From PVC group bacterium (GTDB taxonomy: Bacteria > GCA-001730085 > JADFSZ01), in NCBI GenBank assembly GCA_022560555.1, contig JADFSZ010000034.1, positions 1 through 12,257 of the forward strand: a stretch of 12,257 bases of DNA, read 5' to 3'. The position numbers were made by a program, and so were the translations under genes. The notes beneath the pieces are model-generated. The model was not told the DNA's origin and searched no databases. It worked only from the letters and a program-made list of their open reading frames with translations. Shown here piece after piece: positions 7,601 to 12,257 of this stretch. Numbering within the stretch: the stretch's first letter is position 1; the number at the start of each line of letters is the position of its first letter.

Positions 7601-8479
7601 ATACAGAAGGATCATGAGGAACTATTGAGACATCAATCTATTATTGCTTTAGGCAAACTTGGTTCAAGAGAGCTCAATTACAGTTCTGATATCGACCTTG
7701 TTTTTGTCCACACCGGGAAAGATACACATATCAAAGCGCTCAACAAAGTAAATATACAATTAATTCAGCTTCTGACGACCCCTTCGGATCTAGGACAACT
7801 TTTTCGTGTAGATACACGCTTAAGGCCCTATGGGAAATCCGGGACTTTGAGCAGCTCTGTTGAATTTTATAAGAAGTATTACAAAGAAAAAGCCGAAGGA
7901 TGGGAGATACAGTCATGGTTAAGGGCTAGATGCATATCCGGAAATTTTGAAATGGGAGAAAAACTGATCAGCCAAATTCAAAAGTCCGCCATCCAACCTA
8001 AGAATTATCAAAATATTCATGCCAGTATAAAGACAATGCGTCAAAAAACTCTTAAGCAACTTTCCCAAAAAGATCTTCTTGAACGCGATGTCAAAAATGG
8101 CCGTGGAGGTATTCGAACTATTGAGATGATCGTCCTCAATCTTATTTTACAACACAGCAATACACACCCGACTCTTCAGACAGGAAACATCCTTTTAGGT
8201 TTGGAAAAACTTATTCATTTTCGAATTATCGAACCAGAGATTTATCGGACATTAAAAAAAAGTTATAAGTTTTTAAGAACAGTAGAACACCGTATTCAGC
8301 TTCTCGGTTTGCAACAACGTCACGTTTTGCCTGATGACACAGAAGAGCTCGGACGTATTGCAAAACGAATGGGTTTTGAAGACCGCCTAGATAACACCGC
8401 CCTAGACCAATTCAAAAAGACTTATCAATCGATCACCGAACAGATTCAAACTCTGTCTGAAAAGCATCTGGAAAGCTAA
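4694..8479 (+). CDS. glnE: Glutamine synthetase adenylyltransferase / adenylyl-removing enzyme (GlnE) with an N-terminal tandem ACT-domain extension
   Basis: 1261-aa ORF with two GlnE-type nucleotidyltransferase cores. The first is GLGKFGGQELGYASDLEIVFLYD (nt 6110-6178) followed by FEIDLRLRPHG. The second is ALGKLGSRELNYSSDIDLVFVH (nt 7646-7711) followed by FRVDTRLRPYG. Each is followed by a GlnE helical domain (KFSKGALTDIEYAIQYLQL; VKNGRGGIRTIEMIVLNLIL). N-terminal ACT-like segments are FTITVIGFDTQGSFAVICGLLTSAGFNIQEG (aa 71-101) and TVLHITGPDTPAYLFSLANALTLHGISIQKVSVKTKGAFVDDKITITD (aa 223-270). An in-frame TGA at 4691-4693 precludes an upstream extension. Confidence 0.9.
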   Translation: MTPLDEKKLAQIKSRLPHIDETLIQNHIERLEEDYFLEFSDEDIITHIREISHLSTDTACKMIFQRSNKDFTITVIGFDTQGSFAVICGLLTSAGFNIQEGKSFTYSKSTPKTISKTKKPMRRSQARELARQTFYLERKKFITQLHCVHAAPDTLAKDFESQFQSQLNLYHGYLIDNKIKEVQKEINRLIQDHLIGLVPKNTSSSAHRLLPIDIQFEKEANQTVLHITGPDTPAYLFSLANALTLHGISIQKVSVKTKGAFVDDKITITDMYDRPLTQPHYLQKLKMAVASIKQFTHLLPLATDPTAAMHQFHQFIDDLMTKSNYALSPFDKDENLLMASLAKIFGARPHIWEDFIRMQHENLLPFLKNIGHLEKSKSKEVMLDELQNSLSKVKGFDRQVKAINEYKNEELFRIDLVHLIYPSITFIEFAEQLTQHAEAIISTTANLIYHYLEEQHGTPSNKDGSVCSFALFGLGKFGGQELGYASDLEIVFLYDENAQTNHSNNAIGNSVFFIKFVQNLLKALPAKNAGIFEIDLRLRPHGKKGPLASSLNRWGEYYLKDGGAYDYERQALIRLRPIYGNTDFCGKVMEIRDQIIYSESSISVKNSIEIRNKQILKNVTPGKINAKFSKGALTDIEYAIQYLQLAHAHQHPKLRTPNTIQAMEYMLETDILTPTEFEKLYNNYAFLRRVINALRMVRGNAKDLEIPDLASEEFIFLARNLGYVSKESQSAEDQLFKDIELTLKTTYVFYKAKFIEKKETAFEESGLPGLLLQKKMSENEVTRVLASLKVQDTKKIHGILKSLIQEVEDKNTLVAVLVLAERHIRRSPDPDKVIVNFGNFIIESSKQHISLKQLLYQPKYIEILITLFGFSDYLTIILTKNPQLLLTITNDRLLLYNKTHEHFASELSSCAPFTNDIRENLRMIQKYKNSETLRIGLRDIYLNKPFEQIVRELSDLADTIVDRIYRNILIQKDHEELLRHQSIIALGKLGSRELNYSSDIDLVFVHTGKDTHIKALNKVNIQLIQLLTTPSDLGQLFRVDTRLRPYGKSGTLSSSVEFYKKYYKEKAEGWEIQSWLRARCISGNFEMGEKLISQIQKSAIQPKNYQNIHASIKTMRQKTLKQLSQKDLLERDVKNGRGGIRTIEMIVLNLILQHSNTHPTLQTGNILLGLEKLIHFRIIEPEIYRTLKKSYKFLRTVEHRIQLLGLQQRHVLPDDTEELGRIAKRMGFEDRLDNTALDQFKKTYQSITEQIQTLSEKHLES

Positions 8480-8493
8480 CTTTCCTGTTTTTG
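8470..8493 (+). terminator. Weak hairpin plus T-tract at the convergent glnE/typA junction
   Basis: GGAAAG (8470-8475), loop CTAA, CTTTCC (8480-8485), followed by TGTTTTTG. The loop contains the glnE TAA stop. The stem is only 6 bp. The intergenic gap to the typA stop is 14 nt. Confidence 0.3.
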
Positions 8494-10335
8494 TCATTTT
8501 CCCGTGGGCTTTTGTCCCCGGCTAACACGTTTTCTCTCGACTTCCTTTAAATGCAGTTTTCTCAAGCGAATATTTTTTGGAGTGATTTCAACAAGTTCAT
8601 CGTCTTCGATAAATTCCAGAGCAAATTCAAGAGTGATTTCTCTAGGGGTAATCAGCTGCATGGCGTCATCCGAACCCGCGGCGCGCATATTGGTGAGTTT
8701 TTTACCTTTCAGCACATTCACAACGAGATCAGCCCCTTTATTATTGACCCCAACAATCATCCCTTCATAGAGTTTCTTTCCGGGCTTCACAAACATTTCC
8801 CCTCGAGGCTGCAAATTAAAAATCGAATATCCCACAGCTTCCCCTTCCGATTGCGAGATAAGAACCCCGCTCTGACGTTTCGGCATATCACCTTTGTAGG
8901 TTTGATACTCAAGAAAATTCTGATACATGATCCCGGTTCCGCGTGTCATCCGCAAGAAGTCAGATCGAAAGCCAATCAAAGCGCGAGACGCAATCACAAA
9001 ATCCATCCGGCAGCTTCCGGTTGAGGTTGTCTTCATGTCTTTCATTTCGGCCTTTCTGACTCCGAGAGCTTCCATGACCGACCCTTGATATTGACTCTCA
9101 ACTTCAATCACAAGCTCTTCGACCGGTTCATGTGTTTGCTCACCCATTTTTTTCAATATGACTTTGGGACGTGATACCTCGAGTTCATACCCTTCCCTTC
9201 GCATGGTCTCGATTAATATCGCGAGATGAAGTTCTCCCCGACCTGAGACCTTAAATCGCTCTCCATTCTCTACTTCTTCAATCTTGATCCCCACATTGAC
9301 CATCGCTTCATGAAGAAGCCGTTCACGAATATGCCTGGAAGTCAAAAAACGCCCTCCGTCTTTACCGGACATCGGGCTGGTGTTGTGAGAAAAGTTCATC
9401 GAGATCGTTGGTTCATCGATTTTGATGGCAGGCAAGCCCTTAGGTTTTTCGTTATCCGCGATGGTTTCTCCGACTTCAACCCCCTCGACTCCCGCGATCA
9501 AAATAATATCTCCGGCTACGGCCTCTTCGGTCTCAACACGGGTCAGCCCGCAATATTTCATAATTTTTGTGATTTTCCCTTTAGTAACAGAGTTGTTCCG
9601 TTTTACGCACGCCACAGCATCTCCGACGGAAACCGATCCGCAGAACACCCGTCCGATCGCTATGCGGCCGACAAAGGAGTCGTAATCCAGCATTGTGACT
9701 AGCATTTGAAGCGGTAATTCCGGATCGGCCACGGGAGGCAAAACACGATGAAGAATAGTTTCTAGAAGGGGCTTTATAGAATCACGTGCGTCATCCAAAT
9801 CGATCACAGCATACTCGTCTTTACCCGAAGCATAGACAATCGGAAAATCCAGCTGTTCATTTGTGGCATTCAGTTCACAAAACAGATCAAATACGCTATC
9901 CGCTACTTCATCGGACCTCGCGCTCGGCCGGTCAATTTTGTTGATCACAAGAATGGGTTTTAGATGAAGCTCAAGGGATTTTTTCAGTACATATTTCGTT
10001 TGCGGCATGGGCCCTTCGGAGGCATCGACTAAAAGCAGAACTCCGTCAACCATCTCAAGGATCCTCTCCACTTCTGATCCAAAGTCCGCATGCCCCGGCG
10101 TGTCCACGATATTGCATTGGACCCCTTTAAACTCAAAGGAAGCAATTTTCGAAAATATCGTAATTCCCCGTTCCTTTTCGATAGGGTTCGAATCCATCAC
10201 GGTTACTTCACCCTCTTTAAACTCATACGCGCCCGTGTATTTGAGGATCGCGTCCATCAGTGTTGTTTTTCCATGATCAACATGAGCAATAATGGCCACA
10301 TTACGTACATTTTTTCTTCGCTTAAGATTCGGCAT
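8494..10335 (-). CDS. typA: Translational GTPase TypA/BipA
   Basis: 613-aa ORF. The G domain has AHVDHGKTTL, DTPGHADFGSEVER and NKIDR. The overall layout is EF-G/LepA-like with the TypA-specific C-terminal region. It ends at TGA 8494-8496. Confidence 0.95.
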   Translation of the reverse strand: MPNLKRRKNVRNVAIIAHVDHGKTTLMDAILKYTGAYEFKEGEVTVMDSNPIEKERGITIFSKIASFEFKGVQCNIVDTPGHADFGSEVERILEMVDGVLLLVDASEGPMPQTKYVLKKSLELHLKPILVINKIDRPSARSDEVADSVFDLFCELNATNEQLDFPIVYASGKDEYAVIDLDDARDSIKPLLETILHRVLPPVADPELPLQMLVTMLDYDSFVGRIAIGRVFCGSVSVGDAVACVKRNNSVTKGKITKIMKYCGLTRVETEEAVAGDIILIAGVEGVEVGETIADNEKPKGLPAIKIDEPTISMNFSHNTSPMSGKDGGRFLTSRHIRERLLHEAMVNVGIKIEEVENGERFKVSGRGELHLAILIETMRREGYELEVSRPKVILKKMGEQTHEPVEELVIEVESQYQGSVMEALGVRKAEMKDMKTTSTGSCRMDFVIASRALIGFRSDFLRMTRGTGIMYQNFLEYQTYKGDMPKRQSGVLISQSEGEAVGYSIFNLQPRGEMFVKPGKKLYEGMIVGVNNKGADLVVNVLKGKKLTNMRAAGSDDAMQLITPREITLEFALEFIEDDELVEITPKNIRLRKLHLKEVERKRVSRGQKPTGK

Positions 10336-10359
10336 CTACACAACTTTTCTAAAATTTGA

Positions 10360-10726
10360 TTATGTTTCAGGTTTACAGGATTTTTTCCAAAGAGGCCATG
10401 AAACAGGTGTTTGTTCGTTGATATAATGACTTTTTTTATTATATCACGTTTTTGTCCAAATTCGGTTGTTGAGATTGAGATCCTCAACGAGACCATACAC
10501 AAGTTCTAAATCTTCAAAATACTCTTTGATTTGAACAGTCGCTACTAGGTTGGGAATGAAATCGTAGCGCTTTTTTAACAACGCGTCGATTCCCGCAAAC
10601 GAATTCGCAACCTGACTTTTCTTGTTGACTAAACCGTTATAAAGAATCACGACAAACAGAACAATAACACCAATAATGATAATAATAGTCCGCTTAGTCT
10701 TCTCTTTTGCGATCGTTAATATGCAT
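10360..10726 (-). pseudogene. Decayed LemA-family gene
   Basis: The reverse frame gives KRTIIIIIGVIVLFVVILYNGLVNKKSQVANSFAGIDALLKKRYDFIPNLVATV, which matches a LemA TM helix plus the YNxLV...IDxxLxxRxDxIPNLV core. The only ATG (10724-10726) is one frame off and stops after 10 codons. An in-frame TGA sits at 10444-10446. The same frame then continues YNKKSHYINEQTPVSWP, which resembles the LemA C-terminal NRI...YN...YN...FP region. In total there are about 122 codons against the roughly 185 expected. Confidence 0.55.
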
Positions 10727-10771
10727 TAATCATACGCCTATTTTAGCATCTTTAAACACAATTAATTAAAT

Positions 10772-11605
10772 TCAATCAATACTTTTGATTTCGATCGACC
10801 GGATTTTATAATCACCCTCATAATAGTTCTCATGTGGCTCGCCTGTAACAAAATACTCCTGGTACTTTTTTTCAGTATGCCAGACTTCGTCAATCGGAAC
10901 ACGAGATTGCTCCAATAAAATACCTTTGTCATCTGAGACACTTAAAACATATTCGTAAGTTGTCTTTTCAATTTCGATTTTATACCAGGCGTCTTTTTGG
11001 TATTCCACACCTTTCACCCAATTAAACTCCCATTTATCGGTGCCACCATTATAGGAAACAAGCTCATTGTTTTCATCAAAATAGACCATAAATATCGGAT
11101 TCGGCATCCCATGCCCCCAAACGTTGTTATCCACATCGATAACAAGTTTGCGGTGCTGATGCCACCAGTCATTGGTATAATGTTCCGTCGGGGCCTGATC
11201 CGTAATCGCGATCAGATAACAGCCATTTTCATTTTTCGGCCCTTCTCGATACTCCTGATCACGGTTGTAGTTCTCAATATTTTTCAAATCATAATTGATT
11301 TGACCAATGACAACACTAACCTTGTATTTTTTTGGTAAATGTTGTGTCGATCGGATAATAGCCGAATCCCGGTAGGAATCTGACTTTTGCAGGGCGAATC
11401 CACTAAAACCATCAATGAGAAACGTCCCGCCTCGAAAGAGTTCAAACGTCAGTTGATTGTTCTTTCCAAAAGCTTTCCCATCCTCGGCAACAATCGGATC
11501 ATGGAATTCTTCTTTAAAATTATAGGCTCCATCCAAGCGAGTACATCCAATAAAGAGTCCGGCAAAGAACAAAAGAACAAAGCCGTATAGTATTTTATGG
11601 GGCAA
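10772..11605 (-). CDS. Hypothetical lipoprotein, 277 aa, probably beta-rich
   Basis: TTG start at 11603-11605 with AAGGAG (11612-11617) and a 6-nt spacer. The N-terminus MPHKILYGFVLLFFAGLFIGC fits a lipobox (L-F-I-G-C). The mature part is rich in aromatic and charged residues (TNDWWHQHRK, WGHGMPNPIF, WEFNWVKGVEY). I recognise no family. Confidence 0.75.
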   Translation of the reverse strand: MPHKILYGFVLLFFAGLFIGCTRLDGAYNFKEEFHDPIVAEDGKAFGKNNQLTFELFRGGTFLIDGFSGFALQKSDSYRDSAIIRSTQHLPKKYKVSVVIGQINYDLKNIENYNRDQEYREGPKNENGCYLIAITDQAPTEHYTNDWWHQHRKLVIDVDNNVWGHGMPNPIFMVYFDENNELVSYNGGTDKWEFNWVKGVEYQKDAWYKIEIEKTTYEYVLSVSDDKGILLEQSRVPIDEVWHTEKKYQEYFVTGEPHENYYEGDYKIRSIEIKSID

Positions 11606-11619
11606 GGGGGACTCCTTAT

Positions 11620-12081
11620 CTATTGAGGATAATCTAATTTGATAACAATATCTTGACTCATTTTGGTAAGCGAGATCGCAGAATTTGAAAATTTCGGTAC
11701 GCTCATCACGATCTTTTGTCCATTTAAAAATCCGACTCCTTCTGTCGGAAACCCCATCGGGCCCATACCAAGCCTTTTGTTGCGATTTTCATCATGAACA
11801 ACAGACACAGCATATTCCCCAAAGGGGATGCCCTCACATTCACCATCGATGCTCATTTGCCCAACTTCTAGTTCAATCCATTGAAATTCATAAGCATGTT
11901 CGATACGAGTAGGATAGCCTTTTGGGCTGTTAAAAAGTGAAACACCAATCATGCCGGCATGCTTGTTCATTCCCTCAACACGGACTAAAAGAATCGTATA
12001 ATCAATGTCTTCTGCTTGCGCAAGGGGAATTAGAAAAAACCCAGTCATTATGCCAAAAAATATGATTTTTAATTTTTCCAT
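11620..12081 (-). CDS. Secreted DUF2141-family protein
   Basis: Matches the DUF2141 pattern: VRVEGMNKHAGMIGVSLFNSPKGYP ... FGEYAVSVVHDENRNKRLGMGPMGFPTEGVGF. The signal peptide is MEKLKIIFFGIMTGFFLIPLAQA/ED. I prefer the ATG at 12079-12081 (AAAGGA 8 nt upstream) to the track's TTG at 12141, which would overlap the upstream gene. Confidence 0.8.
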   Translation of the reverse strand: MEKLKIIFFGIMTGFFLIPLAQAEDIDYTILLVRVEGMNKHAGMIGVSLFNSPKGYPTRIEHAYEFQWIELEVGQMSIDGECEGIPFGEYAVSVVHDENRNKRLGMGPMGFPTEGVGFLNGQKIVMSVPKFSNSAISLTKMSQDIVIKLDYPQ

Positions 12082-12122
12082 TTTAAGCATCCTTTGTTTT
12101 TTGAGCACATTTAGTTGACAGT

Positions 12123-12257
12123 TTATTGTAAAGCCACGCAAAAAACAATGCCTCCAATAAAAGCGTCAATAAAACCAAAAACAAAACCGATAAGACTGTC
12201 GACTAGAGTACGACTATATCCGGGATAGATACTAAAAATCCTGGCAACAATATCCTG
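12123..12257 (-). CDS. C-terminal 44 codons of a small membrane protein; N-terminus lies beyond the window end
   Basis: The reverse frame is open from 12257 to TAA at 12123-12125. Translation is ...QDIVARIFSIYPGYSRTLVDSLIGFVFGFIDAFIGGIVFCVALQ*, ending in a Gly-zipper-like hydrophobic helix. It has the same orientation as the DUF2141 gene and lies 41 nt upstream of it. Confidence 0.45.
   Translation of the reverse strand, partial: QDIVARIFSIYPGYSRTLVDSLIGFVFGFIDAFIGGIVFCVALQ

Noticed and set aside
10444-10446. In-frame TGA in the LemA-like frame read as recoding (selenocysteine or an alternative genetic code)
   Set aside because: TGA terminates typA (8494-8496) and the lipoprotein gene (10772-10774) in this window. 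No SECIS-like hairpin is evident, and the gene has other lesions. Pseudogene is the simpler reading.
8504-10502. ORFs overlapping typA and its upstream region (8504..8770+, 8551..9024+, 9310..9702+, 9422..9685+, 10007..10276+, 10090..10359+, 10257..10502-)
   Set aside because: These are shadows of the strongly conserved typA frame. 10257..10502- overlaps both the typA start and the LemA remnant in a different frame.
11149-11164. Sigma54-like GG-N10-GC match (minus strand TGGCATCAGCACCGCA) inside the lipoprotein CDS
   Set aside because: It is intragenic, the -12 box is CCGC rather than TTGC, and there is no downstream gene start. Most likely a chance match.
10997-11912. Antisense ORFs 10997..11338+, 11387..11590+, 11685..11912+
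   Set aside because: They lie opposite the lipoprotein and DUF2141 CDSs, both of which have signal peptides and SD sequences.
12082-12141. TTG start at 12141 for the DUF2141 gene, as in the ORF track
   Set aside because: It would add 20 non-hydrophobic residues (MRGFTINCQLNVLKKQRMLK) ahead of the signal peptide and overlap the upstream gene's 3' end. The ATG at 12081 has an AAAGGA SD with an 8-nt spacer and begins a canonical signal peptide.
1-12257. Scan for tRNA/rRNA genes, CRISPR arrays, IS elements or terminal inverted repeats, integrases and toxin-antitoxin pairs
   Set aside because: Nothing of the kind was seen. There are no arrays of regularly spaced repeats, no cloverleaf-like GC-rich segments and no transposase- or integrase-like ORFs. 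Composition looks uniform across the window.

Overview
AT-rich bacterial chromosomal window (about 40% GC by eye, not computed) from a diderm organism. It is dominated by a nitrogen-assimilation locus. On the minus strand sit a 5'-partial-window porin gene (missing from the ORF track because it has no stop inside the window), a GAF-AAA+-HTH sigma54 enhancer-binding protein, and a GSI-beta glutamine synthetase (glnA). Diverging from glnA is an unusually long (1261 aa) GlnE adenylyltransferase. Convergent with glnE is typA/bipA. After that come a decayed LemA-like pseudogene and a tight minus-strand cluster of three exported or membrane proteins: a membrane-protein C-terminus, a DUF2141 protein, and a 277-aa lipoprotein. 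I found near-consensus sigma54 -24/-12 promoters upstream of both glnA and the porin. An AT-rich motif (TACATTTTTG, core ACA-N4-TGT) recurs upstream of the porin, EBP and glnA genes. The most interesting idea is that both nitrogen effectors carry their own small-molecule sensor domains. The EBP has a GAF domain instead of a receiver. GlnE has an N-terminal pair of GlnD-type ACT domains, and its two nucleotidyltransferase halves appear to be in the opposite order to E. coli GlnE. That would amount to a one-component version of the GlnD/PII/NtrBC cascade. This is inference from motif reading and needs alignment and genome-wide checks. No tRNA, rRNA, CRISPR array or mobile element was seen.
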